64,000 nucleotides of DNA from Deltaproteobacteria bacterium (GCA_016933215.1 JAFGBH010000096.1:17788-81787); one strand, 5' to 3'; shown: positions 46,893-56,911, counted from the first letter of the stretch. Notes: generated by a model from the sequence alone, not told the origin. Numbers and translations: made by a program.

Positions 46893-47765
46893 ATGATAGG
46901 ACAACTCATCGTCGAGGGACTGGCAATCGGTGCCTGTTATGGTTTATTCGCGATAGCCTTCGTAATCATCTACAAGACCTCCGATGTGATAAATTTCGCC
47001 CAGGGTGAGATGGCGATGCTCTCCACCTTTGTGGCATATCATATACTCACCTTTTATCACTACCCCTTCTGGCTTGCCTTTATCCTCACCATGGTATTCG
47101 CCGTTCTGCTCGGAATCGTAGTGGAATTCGCCTTCCTCCGCCCGGCGAAGGAACCGTCTGTACTCGGTCTCATCGTGATTACGCTGGGCGCGGAAATGCT
47201 CCTTATGGGGCTGGCGGGGTGGAAATGGGGCGCCGAGCAAAAGGCCTTTCAGTTCCCCATGTCCTTTCAGGTTACTCACGAACCGATCAAGGGCGTCATA
47301 ATAAACGACTGGGCCATAGGGGTCTTTGTGACGACAGCTATTCTAATGGTGGTTCTCTACCTCTTTTTTAAATATACCCGTCTCGGCGTTGCAATGAAGG
47401 CAACTCAGCAGAATAAAAATGCCGCAAAAATTATGGGGATCAGAGTCGAACGGGTATTTTCCTTTGCCTGGGGTCTCAGTTCTCTTCTGGGAGCGGTGGC
47501 CGCCATGTTTTTTGCCGCCCGGGCCACACTGGACCCTAATTACATGATGGAACCCTTTTTGAGGGCATTTGCAGCGGCCGTACTTGGAGGCCTCATGAGC
47601 ATTCCCGGTGTTGTAATAGGCGGCGAGCTCTTCGGCCTGATAGAGAATTTTTTCGGCTACATGTGGCCGGAGTGGAAACCGATTGTGGCCTTTCTCGTCA
47701 TTATTGTTGTTCTCTGTATAAGGCCCAGCGGACTTTTTGCGAAGCATTACGTGAAAAAGGTTTAG
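46893..47765 (+). CDS. livH: Branched-chain amino acid-type ABC transporter permease (LivH family)
   Basis: 290 aa with QLIVEGLAIGACYGLFAIAFVIIYKTSDVINFAQGE. Confidence 0.88.
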   Translation: MIGQLIVEGLAIGACYGLFAIAFVIIYKTSDVINFAQGEMAMLSTFVAYHILTFYHYPFWLAFILTMVFAVLLGIVVEFAFLRPAKEPSVLGLIVITLGAEMLLMGLAGWKWGAEQKAFQFPMSFQVTHEPIKGVIINDWAIGVFVTTAILMVVLYLFFKYTRLGVAMKATQQNKNAAKIMGIRVERVFSFAWGLSSLLGAVAAMFFAARATLDPNYMMEPFLRAFAAAVLGGLMSIPGVVIGGELFGLIENFFGYMWPEWKPIVAFLVIIVVLCIRPSGLFAKHYVKKV

Positions 47766-47776
47766 TGAAAGACCCC

Positions 47777-48232
47777 ATGATGAGAATGAGATTTTTTGTC
47801 CTTCTTCCGACGCTCGCTTCCCTTTGCTTCATCGGCCTTCTCGGATGTGCCGCCATGAATAAAGATATGGGGGTCGTTTTTGAAAAACCGAAGATAGAAA
47901 AGGCCGTTCGCGAATATTTTGATGCCGAGATAGAACGGGACTTCAAAAAGGTTTATGAACATCTTGCGCCGTCATCCAGCTACAGGCTCTCCCACACCTA
48001 CGAAGAGTATCTGGCGGAGATGGAGTCATCCCCCGTAAGGATAAAGGAGTACGATCTTATTGAAATTCATGACCTGATGACGAATGAGGACAGGGAACGA
48101 TATCCCTCGGTCGAAAAATTCGCCCGGGTCGAAGTGGAAATAACCTTTTTCTATACCGACACTGAAGACAATCTTAGCGTCAATTTTGACTTCAGGTTTA
48201 TCAAGGAAAAGGGGCGGTGGTATAAGGACTGA
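47777..48232 (+). CDS. Small lipoprotein of unknown function embedded in the ABC operon
   Basis: The ATG at 47777 gives MMRMRFFVLLPTLASLCFIGLLGCAAM, with an LLGC lipobox. The ORF-track start 47663 would overlap livH. Confidence 0.55.
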   Translation: MMRMRFFVLLPTLASLCFIGLLGCAAMNKDMGVVFEKPKIEKAVREYFDAEIERDFKKVYEHLAPSSSYRLSHTYEEYLAEMESSPVRIKEYDLIEIHDLMTNEDRERYPSVEKFARVEVEITFFYTDTEDNLSVNFDFRFIKEKGRWYKD

Positions 48233-48254
48233 CGGCTATCAAAGGATTTATTAT

Positions 48255-48364
48255 CGAAGCTCCCCTTAATCCCGTATAAAAGGGATTAAGGAAAAACGTA
48301 TTTTTTATTCGCTCGCTAACCCCGCTCAAAGCAACGGGGTATGGGCTTGCTGTTCAGTTCAATG
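48255..48364 (+). repeat. Intergenic repeat element, copy B (hairpin CCTTAATCCC-gtataaaa-GGGATTAAGG, with extra internal hairpin)
   Basis: It aligns with the reverse complement of 808-887. It carries an insertion of about 33 nt (AACCCCGCTCAAAGCAACGGGGTATGGGCTTGCT region). Confidence 0.55.
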
Positions 48365-48433
48365 ACCTGACAATTGTTCAGGTTGAGATATTAGATTTCC
48401 GGGAGTCTAAAAACTTAAAACAAGGAGGGTATC

Positions 48434-49630
48434 ATGAAAACGAAGAGACATTTTTTTGTAATGGTCACGTTTTCCATCGCTTTACTTCTGGTCTTTGCCT
48501 CTCCGGGTCTTGCAGGAAAGGCAGGTTTCGACAAAAAAGAGATCAGGATAGCGCAGTGGGGACCGCAGACGGGGCCTGCCGCGCCATGGGGCTCGGTAGC
48601 CAGGGGAAGTGCCATTCTCTTCAATCTCGTCAATGAAGAGGGCGGCATTCACGGAAGGAAGATAAAATATTTCATTCGGGACGATCAGTACAACCCGGCG
48701 CTCTGTAAGGCCGCTGTCAAAGAACTGGTTGAGAGACAAGGCATCTTTGCCTTTGTGGGCGGTGTATCGAGTGCGAGCGGCCTCGCCGTGAAAGATTATC
48801 TTGAGGAAAACAAGGTCATCTGGGTCGGCCCGGCAACGGCGGTCAACGAATATGTATTTCCTGTTGATCCTTATCTCTTTGCCGTTTATCCCCTCTATCA
48901 GGATGAGGCGAGCATTCTCACAAAATACCTTGTGGAGAAAATGAAGTTCAGGAAGATCGGATTCTTTTACCAGAACGATTCCTACGGAAAAAACGGTCTG
49001 GTTGGATGTAAAGATCGCCTCAAAACCTACGGAATGGAACTGGTAGAGGAGATTCCCGTCGAACCCGGTGAAAAGGACCTGGCGTCCCAGATGCTGAAAT
49101 TCAAGAATTCAGGCGCCGAAACGGTCATAATATGGTCAAATCCCACCATCGCGACTATTGCCCTTAAGACCTGTGCGACCATTGACTACAAACCCCAGTG
49201 GGTTTCATCGAATACGCTGTCCGATTATCCCCTCATGTTCAAGATCACGGAAGGCCTGTGGGAAGGTGTCATCACCGGGGCCTTCGGTATTATGCCACAG
49301 TCAGACGATCCCCTGATGGTAAAGTACCGGGAGGCAGGAAAGAGAATGACCCCGGACGAAAGGTGGGGCACATTTTACACCGCAGGTATACTCTTTGCCG
49401 AACCCCTCGTAGAGGCACTGAAGATGGTGGGAAAAGACCTCAGTACCGAGGCCTGCCTGAAGGCATTGAACTCCATCCAGGGCTTCCAGGGACTAGGACC
49501 CAAGATATACTGGAGTGAGGATATGCATCAGGGTTCCGCCTCGGTTATGATCATGAAATGCGGCCCCGGTGCCAGCTATGAAGTCCTCCAGGACTGGACG
49601 GCAAACGACCTGGCCACCTGGAAAAAGTAA
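48434..49630 (+). CDS. ABC transporter periplasmic substrate-binding protein (LivK / Peripla_BP_6 family), paralogue 1
   Basis: 398 aa with the signal peptide MKTKRHFFVMVTFSIALLLVFASPGLAG and KEIRIAQWGPQTGPAAPWG. Confidence 0.88.
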   Translation: MKTKRHFFVMVTFSIALLLVFASPGLAGKAGFDKKEIRIAQWGPQTGPAAPWGSVARGSAILFNLVNEEGGIHGRKIKYFIRDDQYNPALCKAAVKELVERQGIFAFVGGVSSASGLAVKDYLEENKVIWVGPATAVNEYVFPVDPYLFAVYPLYQDEASILTKYLVEKMKFRKIGFFYQNDSYGKNGLVGCKDRLKTYGMELVEEIPVEPGEKDLASQMLKFKNSGAETVIIWSNPTIATIALKTCATIDYKPQWVSSNTLSDYPLMFKITEGLWEGVITGAFGIMPQSDDPLMVKYREAGKRMTPDERWGTFYTAGILFAEPLVEALKMVGKDLSTEACLKALNSIQGFQGLGPKIYWSEDMHQGSASVMIMKCGPGASYEVLQDWTANDLATWKK

Positions 49631-49721
49631 CAACCGTGAAGTTCTAATACGGGGCTGGCGATCATACGTCAGCCCCGAAAGCTATGATTCATGTTTTATG
49701 AATTCGCAGAAGGAGTACAAA

Positions 49722-50939
49722 ATGAAATCGAGAAGCACTCTACTTGTGATGGTATCGCTTGCCGCCGTTGTTTTTTTGGCACTTGCACCAGCAACGTATG
49801 CCGGACAGCCGGGGTTCGACGATAAGGAGATCAGAATTGCGCAGTTCAGTCCCCAGACCGGCCCCGCCGCTCCATGGGGAGCGGTGGCCCGCGGCAGTGG
49901 ACTTCTGTTTGATTTAGTGAATGAAGAAGGGGGCATTCACGGGAGGACCATAAAATATTACATCCGCGATTCCCAATACAATCCGGCACTGGCACAGGCG
50001 GCGGTAAAAGAGCATGTGGAGAAAAAGGGCATTTTTGCCTTTACCGGCGGCGTATCCGGAGCAGGCGGTCAAGCAGTCAAGGATTATCTTGCGAAAAACA
50101 AGATTCTCTGGGTTGTCCCGGGAACGGCAGCACTGAATACCGTGGCAGACAGGGAAAAGGTTTTCCCGCCGAGTCCCTACCGGTTCTGCTCCTACCCCCT
50201 TTTTGAAGATGAAGCGAGCATTGTTACGAAGTACGCCGTGGAGAAACTGGGATATAAAAAGATTGGCTTCCTCTACCAGAACGACGTCTTCGGAAAAGGC
50301 GGCCTTACAGGATGCAAACAGCGTCTGGCTTCCTATGGCATGGAACTGGTGGAAGCGATTCCCGTTGAGCCGACGGAAAAGGACCTGGCGTCGCAGATGC
50401 TGAGGTTGAAAAATTCCGGAGCAGAATGTGTCCTTATGTGGGTGAGTCCAACGCTCTCAGTCATCACCCTGAAGACCTGTGAAACAATTCAGTACAAGCC
50501 GCAATGGATTGCCTTCGACGGACTCTCCGATTATCAACTCATGCATAACATTACCGGCGGGCTCTTCGAAGGGGTTATTACTGCGGCATTCGTCCCACCG
50601 CCTGATTCCGATGACCCTCGGGTGGCGAAATATCGCGAGGTCGCCAAAAGACTGGCGCCGGAGGAGCGGTGGGGAACATTTTACCTTGCGGGAATGCTCT
50701 TTTCAGAGCCACTGGTCGAAGCGCTCAGAAAGGTGGGGAGAAATCTGAGCACCGAGGCATGCATCAAGGAACTCAACACATTCAGGAACTGGAAAGGCCT
50801 GGGGGCACCGATCACATGGACAGAAAACTGCCATCAGGGAACTGATTCCGTTCAGATACAGAAGTGCGGCCCGGAAGGAACGTATATTTTGCTCCAGGAC
50901 TGGACGGCAAACGATCTGGCCACCTGGAAGAAGAAATAA
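49722..50939 (+). CDS. ABC transporter periplasmic substrate-binding protein, paralogue 2 (tandem duplicate)
   Basis: The ATG at 49722 follows AGGAG and gives the signal peptide MKSRSTLLVMVSLAAVVFLALAPATYAG. It is highly similar to paralogue 1 along its whole length. Confidence 0.88.
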   Translation: MKSRSTLLVMVSLAAVVFLALAPATYAGQPGFDDKEIRIAQFSPQTGPAAPWGAVARGSGLLFDLVNEEGGIHGRTIKYYIRDSQYNPALAQAAVKEHVEKKGIFAFTGGVSGAGGQAVKDYLAKNKILWVVPGTAALNTVADREKVFPPSPYRFCSYPLFEDEASIVTKYAVEKLGYKKIGFLYQNDVFGKGGLTGCKQRLASYGMELVEAIPVEPTEKDLASQMLRLKNSGAECVLMWVSPTLSVITLKTCETIQYKPQWIAFDGLSDYQLMHNITGGLFEGVITAAFVPPPDSDDPRVAKYREVAKRLAPEERWGTFYLAGMLFSEPLVEALRKVGRNLSTEACIKELNTFRNWKGLGAPITWTENCHQGTDSVQIQKCGPEGTYILLQDWTANDLATWKKK

Positions 50940-50953
50940 GGGAGGATTAAGAA

Positions 50954-50984
50954 GCGGGGCCGGTCTCTCCCGATTCGGCCCCGC
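50954..50984 (+). terminator. GC-rich stem-loop after the binding-protein genes (possible partial terminator/attenuator)
   Basis: GCGGGGCCG-13 nt-CGGCCCCGC. There is no clear U-tract, so it may act as an RNA-stability or attenuation element. Confidence 0.35.
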
Positions 50985-51051
50985 TCGATTGCAACAATGG
51001 TATAGGGATATCAGGCTTACTACTTTATTGCAGTATATGGGGTAACAGTAC

Positions 51052-51825
51052 ATGGCCCATTTCAAGATTGAAAACCTCAGCATAAGTTTCGGCGGCCTCA
51101 GGGCGGTGAACAACGTCAGCTTCAATGTGGAGAAGAATACTATATTTTCCATTATCGGCCCCAACGGTTCCGGGAAGACGACCATATTCAATCTCATCAG
51201 CGGAATATACAGCCCCGACAGTGGGAGGGTGCTCCTGGAGGATGAAAATCTCATCGGTTACCTGCCCGACAAGATCGCACGAAGGGGAGTCGCCCGTACC
51301 TTTCAGAACATAGAACTTTTCACGAACGCCACCGTCATGGATAACCTTATGCTCGGGCGTCATATTCATATGAAAACCGGTATATGGGGCGGGGCGACCA
51401 TGTGGGGAAGACGATCGCGAACGGCCCGGGAAGAGATAGCAAACCGGGAGATCGTGGAAGGCATCGTTGATTTTCTCGAACTACAGTCGGTGAGAGACCA
51501 GTTTGTGGCAAATCTCCCCTACGGAAAGAGAAAGCTGGTCGAACTGGGGCGTGCCCTTGCTCTGGAACCGACCGTCCTTCTTCTTGATGAACCCTCGGCG
51601 GGGATGAACACGGAAGAAAAAGAGGATCTCAATATCTGGATCAAGGATATACAGGAAGACTACAAGGTCACCATACTCCTCATCGAACATGATATGAATA
51701 TGATTATGGGGATCTCAGACAGGATATTTGCCATGAACCAGGGAGAAAAGATTGTAGAGGGAACGCCCGAAGAGGTGCAGAGTCACCCGCAGGTAATCGA
51801 GGCCTATCTCGGAGAGGAGAACTGA
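51052..51825 (+). CDS. livG: ABC transporter ATP-binding protein (LivG family)
   Basis: 257 aa with Walker A GPNGSGKTT, the signature motif and Walker B LLLDEPSAG. Confidence 0.9.
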   Translation: MAHFKIENLSISFGGLRAVNNVSFNVEKNTIFSIIGPNGSGKTTIFNLISGIYSPDSGRVLLEDENLIGYLPDKIARRGVARTFQNIELFTNATVMDNLMLGRHIHMKTGIWGGATMWGRRSRTAREEIANREIVEGIVDFLELQSVRDQFVANLPYGKRKLVELGRALALEPTVLLLDEPSAGMNTEEKEDLNIWIKDIQEDYKVTILLIEHDMNMIMGISDRIFAMNQGEKIVEGTPEEVQSHPQVIEAYLGEEN

Positions 51826-52598
51826 TGCTCAAGGTAAAGAACATTGAAACCTGGTACGACCTGATACGGGCCCTTCACGGCATCTCTTTTGAAGTAAAGG
51901 AAGGAGACATTGTGACGCTCCTCGGTTCCAACGGCGCGGGCAAAACAACGACACTGAAAACGATCATGCAGATACTTGAGGACGAAGACCAGCCGGAAAA
52001 GGGCTCAATAGAATTTCTTGGTGAGAGGATCGATAAAAAGGACACTGAAGAAATCGTGAGGAGGGGAATTACCTATGTCCCCGAGGGCCGGGAGGTCTTC
52101 CCGGAGCTGACCGTCATGGAAAACATCCAGATGGGCGCCTATACCAGAAAGGACAGAAAGAACATAAAGGACGACATTGAACGGGTCTTCGTTCACTTCC
52201 CCATTCTTAAAGAAAGGGAGAAACAGCAGGCGGGATATCTGAGCGGCGGTGAACAGCAGATGCTCGCCATAGGCAGGGCACTTATGAGCCGTCCAAAACT
52301 GATGATGCTCGATGAACCATCACTGGGTCTCTCCCCTCTCCTGACGAAGCAGATATTCAATATAATTCAGGACATTAACCGCGAAGGCGTTACGATCCTT
52401 CTCGTTGAACAGAATGTCAATATGGCACTGAAATATGCAAATTTTGCCTTTCTGATGGAAAACGGACGAATCGTCCGCGCCGACAGGCCGGAGGTACTGC
52501 GAGAGGACGAGGACGTGAAGGAATTCTACCTCGGAATCGCCACGGAAACCTCTGTCAAGGGATACAAGCGGTACAGGAGAAAAGTGAGATTTCGCTGA
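51825..52598 (+). CDS. livF: ABC transporter ATP-binding protein (LivF family)
   Basis: 257 aa with Walker A GSNGAGKTT, LSGGEQQML and MMLDEPSLGL. Confidence 0.9.
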   Translation: MLKVKNIETWYDLIRALHGISFEVKEGDIVTLLGSNGAGKTTTLKTIMQILEDEDQPEKGSIEFLGERIDKKDTEEIVRRGITYVPEGREVFPELTVMENIQMGAYTRKDRKNIKDDIERVFVHFPILKEREKQQAGYLSGGEQQMLAIGRALMSRPKLMMLDEPSLGLSPLLTKQIFNIIQDINREGVTILLVEQNVNMALKYANFAFLMENGRIVRADRPEVLREDEDVKEFYLGIATETSVKGYKRYRRKVRFR

Positions 52599-52624
52599 GA
52601 AGATATGAAAAACCGGGAGGAAAA

Positions 52625-54430
52625 ATGGAAGCTGACACCCTGCCCAAGGCGTTAATGGCAATGGCCGAAAGACAGCCCGATCGGGTCGCCATGAGAATGA
52701 AGGATCTCGGCATATGGCATGATATTACCTGGGCCGAATATCTGGAAAAGGTGAAACAGGTTGCCCTGGGACTTCATGAACTGGGGGTAAAAAAGGGCGA
52801 TCACTGCTCCATTATTGGTGAAAACAAGCCTGAATGGCTCTTCTCGGCAATGGGCGTCATGTCGATCGGCGCCACCTTTGTCGGGGTCTACACCACGAAC
52901 CCAACCAAGGAATGCGAATACGTGGTGGGCCATTCCAAGTCTGTCGTCTACATATGCGAAGATGAGGAGCAGCTTGACAAGGCCCTCGAATGTCGTGATA
53001 ATACCCCGGATTTAAATAAAATTATCGTATGGGACATGGAGGGGCTCAGGGCCTTCAAAGATCCTATGGTCATGAGCTTTGATGATCTCCTGGAGCTTGG
53101 CAAAGACAGCAATAAAAATAATCCGGCCCTTTTCCAGGGTCTTATCGAGCGGGGAAGTCCGAAGGATATCGCCTCGATCATTTACACATCAGGAACGACA
53201 GGCCCTCCGAAGGGGGCTTTGCTCAACCATGAGGGATACCTCTGGGTGGGGAAACAGGCTGCCTTGATCACGCAGTCCCGAATTGATGACGAATCCATCT
53301 CTTTTCTCCCCCTGAACCATGTCTATGAACAGATATTTGACCTCATGATGCACCTCACGGTGGGACATATCGTCAATTTCACCGAAAACACCGATACGGT
53401 CATGAACGACATGAAGGAAGTCTCACCCACGGTCTTTCATGCCGTACCGAGAATATGGGAGAAGTACTATTCAGGCATCGTCATAAAGATGGATGACGCC
53501 ACCTGGTTCAAGAGAACCTGCTATACCATCGCGGTAAAGATAGGATCACGGTACAACTCGGCCAAGCTCGCCGGCGAAAAAATACCGCTCTGGCTCTTCC
53601 TCGCCTATCAGCTTGCCTACTTTGCCGTCTTCTGGAAGTTGAAAGAGCGCCTCGGATTTGACCGTGTTCGTCTCGGTTTTTCCGGTGCGGCGCCGATATC
53701 CCACGAAATACTCAGGTACTTTCAGAGCATCGGCATCCCCATCCGCGAAGGCTATGGCATGACGGAAACATCGGGAATCACCCACATGTCGGATGAAAAG
53801 AATTTCAAGCTGGGAACAGTGGGGAAGGCGCTCCCGGGCACCGATGTAAAAATAGGAGAAGACGGGGAGATCATCGTCAGACACAAAGGAATCTTTCAGG
53901 GTTACTACCGGGATGAGGAAAATACGAAAAACGCCCTCATCGATGGCTGGCTCCACACGGGGGACGTGGGAGAAATCGATGAAGAGGGCTATCTCAAGAT
54001 AACAGACCGTCTGAAGGACCTTATCATTACCGCCGGGGGCAAGAATATCGCTCCACAATACATCGAGAATCTCCTGAAGTTTTCACCCTATATCAACGAT
54101 GCCGTCGTCATCGGTGACGGGAGAAAGTATCTCTCGGCCATCATCGTCATTGACGAGGAAAACGTGGTCAAGTATGCCCAGGACAGGAAGGTTCAGTACA
54201 CCACCTTCGCCAGCATGACAAAGACGGAGGATGTCGTAGAGCTCATACAGCAGGAGATTGACAAGGTGAACCGGCAGATGGCGCGGGTCGAAAATATCAG
54301 AAAATTCCAGATCCTCGACAAGAAACTCTACACCGAGGACGGCGAAGTGACACCCACCATGAAGGTGAAGCGAAAGTTCATCAACGAATACTACCGTGAT
54401 CTCATCGAGTCGATGTACCGGGAAGGATAA
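52625..54430 (+). CDS. Long-chain-type AMP-dependent acyl-CoA synthetase
   Basis: 601 aa with IIYTSGTTGPPKGA, GYGMTE and TGDVG. Confidence 0.85.
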   Translation: MEADTLPKALMAMAERQPDRVAMRMKDLGIWHDITWAEYLEKVKQVALGLHELGVKKGDHCSIIGENKPEWLFSAMGVMSIGATFVGVYTTNPTKECEYVVGHSKSVVYICEDEEQLDKALECRDNTPDLNKIIVWDMEGLRAFKDPMVMSFDDLLELGKDSNKNNPALFQGLIERGSPKDIASIIYTSGTTGPPKGALLNHEGYLWVGKQAALITQSRIDDESISFLPLNHVYEQIFDLMMHLTVGHIVNFTENTDTVMNDMKEVSPTVFHAVPRIWEKYYSGIVIKMDDATWFKRTCYTIAVKIGSRYNSAKLAGEKIPLWLFLAYQLAYFAVFWKLKERLGFDRVRLGFSGAAPISHEILRYFQSIGIPIREGYGMTETSGITHMSDEKNFKLGTVGKALPGTDVKIGEDGEIIVRHKGIFQGYYRDEENTKNALIDGWLHTGDVGEIDEEGYLKITDRLKDLIITAGGKNIAPQYIENLLKFSPYINDAVVIGDGRKYLSAIIVIDEENVVKYAQDRKVQYTTFASMTKTEDVVELIQQEIDKVNRQMARVENIRKFQILDKKLYTEDGEVTPTMKVKRKFINEYYRDLIESMYREG

Positions 54431-54435
54431 GATAG

Positions 54436-55359
54436 CTACAGATCTTCAGGGGTAAAGGCAACCACCTCATCAATAGAGGCGCTTCCTGTGAATATCATGG
54501 CGAGACGGTCCACGCCCAGTGCGATTCCCGAAGACTCCGGCATGTTGGAAAGGGCATTGAGAAACTTCTCCGGCACGGGATAGGCATTCTTTCCCGAACT
54601 TCGCCGAAACTCTTCTTCCTTATGAAACCGTTTTCTCTGTTCCTCCGTGTCGGTAAGCTCTGAGAATGCATTGGCAAGCTCAAGTCCCGCCATATAGATC
54701 TCGAAACGTTCAGCGACCGAGGGATCCTTCTTTTTTTTTCGTGCCAGAGATCCGAGCGATAGGGGATAATCGTAGAGAAAGGTGGGGTTCTTTTTTCCTA
54801 AATTCGGTTCGATCTCGGCCACCATAATCTCATCGAAACATCCCTCATGAATGGCCTCTTCCGGTGACAGGGAGGAATACTCTTGAAAGGCCTCCCTCAC
54901 CGATATCCGCTCCCAGGGTTTTGTAAGATCAATTACTCGTCCCTGATAGTTGATTGTTTTTGCAAATCCAAGCTCCCCGGCGACAAACAGAAAGAGATCC
55001 TCGCACTCATCCATCATATCGAGGTAGTCGATTTCGGCACGATACCACTCGAGGAGGGTAAACTCGTCAATATGGAGCCTCCCCCTTTCACCCTTCCGGA
55101 AACAATGGGAAATCTGGAATATTCTGTGAAATCCCGAGGCCAGGAGCCTCTTCATGCAGAGCTCCGGTGAGGTATGGAGGAACCAGCCGTCGGCAGGAAT
55201 TGCGTCGATGTGAGATTCCGGTGCCAGCGTTGGTACTCTGAGCGGTGTCTCAATCTCCAGGTAATCACGATCCGTAAAAAACCGGCGGATCGCCCGAATC
55301 ATTTCCGCACGGGTCGTGAGTGCCTTTTTTCGCTTCTGCAGTAACAGCTTTTCATCCAT
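54436..55359 (-). CDS. epmA: Elongation factor P--(R)-beta-lysine ligase (GenX/PoxA)
   Basis: 307 aa. It is a truncated class II LysRS-like protein with IRRFFTDRDYLEIETP, HTSPELCMKRLL and FRKGERGRLHIDEFTLLEWY. It is next to efp. Confidence 0.85.
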   Translation of the reverse strand: MDEKLLLQKRKKALTTRAEMIRAIRRFFTDRDYLEIETPLRVPTLAPESHIDAIPADGWFLHTSPELCMKRLLASGFHRIFQISHCFRKGERGRLHIDEFTLLEWYRAEIDYLDMMDECEDLFLFVAGELGFAKTINYQGRVIDLTKPWERISVREAFQEYSSLSPEEAIHEGCFDEIMVAEIEPNLGKKNPTFLYDYPLSLGSLARKKKKDPSVAERFEIYMAGLELANAFSELTDTEEQRKRFHKEEEFRRSSGKNAYPVPEKFLNALSNMPESSGIALGVDRLAMIFTGSASIDEVVAFTPEDL

Positions 55360-55385
55360 AAGGAAAGTATTCTTTTACGGCTATG

Positions 55386-55418
55386 TAAAAAGTGAAGCTC
55401 CCCGCCGACAGGGCGGGG
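55386..55418 (-). terminator. Probable intrinsic terminator downstream of efp
   Basis: The minus strand reads CCCCGCC-ctgtc-GGCGGGG followed by AGCTTCACTTTTT. The stem is 7 bp and GC-rich. Confidence 0.45.
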
Positions 55419-55578
55419 CTTGCGGGTGCACCCCCGATCAAGGTTCGATTGCAAACCAAGGAGCTTCTTTGCAGCCCTCCGATTTATCGGCTCGTTATTT
55501 CCTGATAAATCTGGCAGTTACAATAGTGACAAAGGATGCGACGTAACACAATTCTGCGAAACAGGATTTACGAGGCAG

Positions 55579-56142
55579 TTATTCTTTTACCCGTGTGAGG
55601 TATTCCCCTGTCCGTGTATCGACCCGTATCTTCTCCCCCTCCACCACGAAGGGGGGCACCTGAACGGTGGCGCCGGTTTCGACAATGACGGGTTTTGTCT
55701 TTCCTGTGACGGAATCACCCTTTGCCCAGGGATCGGCCTTGGTCACGAGAAGATCGACAAAATTGGGAACGGTAATACCGATGGGTCGCGTCCCAAAGAA
55801 GAGTATCTCCACCTCCAGGTTATCGATGAGGTACTTCGATGCATCCTCCATCTGATCTTCTGTGAGGTACACCTGCTCATAGGTCTCGTTGTCCATGAAA
55901 CAGTATTTATTTTCTTCCTGATAGAGATACTGCATCTTTTTTTCCTCGAGCTTTGCCGGCTCGAAGCTGTCGACGGAACGATAGGTCCGCTCAAACTGGG
56001 TTCCGTTTATCATGTTCTTCAGTTTGCACCGGTAGAGGGCCTGCCCCTTTCCGGGCTTTGAAAACTCGAAGTCGGTAATCACATAAGGATCGCCGTCTAT
56101 CTGAATCTTCAGATTTTTCTTTAGGTCACTTGCGCTGTACAT
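55579..56142 (-). CDS. efp: Translation elongation factor P
   Basis: 187 aa. The loop FSKPGKGQA carries the conserved modifiable Lys. Confidence 0.95.
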   Translation of the reverse strand: MYSASDLKKNLKIQIDGDPYVITDFEFSKPGKGQALYRCKLKNMINGTQFERTYRSVDSFEPAKLEEKKMQYLYQEENKYCFMDNETYEQVYLTEDQMEDASKYLIDNLEVEILFFGTRPIGITVPNFVDLLVTKADPWAKGDSVTGKTKPVIVETGATVQVPPFVVEGEKIRVDTRTGEYLTRVKE

Positions 56143-56392
56143 AATACTGTCCCTGTTTTTTGAAAGTTTATACGGATTTGTTCTTCTAATCTATTTAGCA
56201 ATCCATGTCAAAACAAAGTTGTGCACATCTCCTGCGCCCTTGGGAAAAAGCTCGAAAGACATTTGCTAGGCTATCCGACACAAATCTCTATTGAAAATTG
56301 ACAATCTCTTCGGATAGCGGTAGAGTTAGTCTCTCATAAGGCGGGATTTAAAGACTAACCGGCACAGGATTTAAAAAAGAGGCGCTCCTCCG

Positions 56393-56911
56393 ATGAGCAC
56401 AACCAGGGTAAACAAGACTCAACTCTGTATCGGTATCACTGCACTTTTGGTCGGAGTCCTCGTCTATCTCGTTGACCGCCCACCTGATACCGCCTATTTC
56501 CTCACCGGATGGGCAAAGAATATCAGCCTCTACGGCAGAATTCCGACTATCTTCGGTCCTGTCGGCAAAAATTTTCCCGCCTTTGCACATGTCTTTTCTT
56601 TTATCCTCATCACGGCAGGCATCCTCGGCTCCCGCAGAAGAGGATATCTTTATATTTGTATATTCTGGCTTTTCATTGACGGTGCCTTCGAACTGGGACA
56701 GAGATACGACTCTCTACCTCTTATGTTCATTCCCTCATGGTTTGAAGGAATCCCCTTCCTCGAGAACACGGCCAACTTCTTTCGCCTCGGAACCTTTGAC
56801 TATCGGGACCTCGCCTCCTTTTTTCTCGGTACCGTTGTAGCCTATATCGTGCTTTTAGTAACCATGGAAAGGAGGGAGTTTCATGAAACAGAAGTACATC
56901 AGATTTTGTAA
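56393..56911 (+). CDS. Hypothetical membrane protein (4-5 TM segments)
   Basis: 172-aa hydrophobic ORF upstream of, and overlapping the start of, the acylase gene. No family was recognised. Confidence 0.45.
   Translation: MSTTRVNKTQLCIGITALLVGVLVYLVDRPPDTAYFLTGWAKNISLYGRIPTIFGPVGKNFPAFAHVFSFILITAGILGSRRRGYLYICIFWLFIDGAFELGQRYDSLPLMFIPSWFEGIPFLENTANFFRLGTFDYRDLASFFLGTVVAYIVLLVTMERREFHETEVHQIL

Noticed and set aside
49569-49721. N-terminal extension of the second binding protein (ORF-track start 49569) and similar extensions at 47663, 28327, 35137, 18924, 16142 and 11272
   Set aside because: The extensions overlap the preceding gene or lack an SD. Internal starts preceded by SD sequences give canonical N-termini (signal peptide, lipobox, family-typical start).
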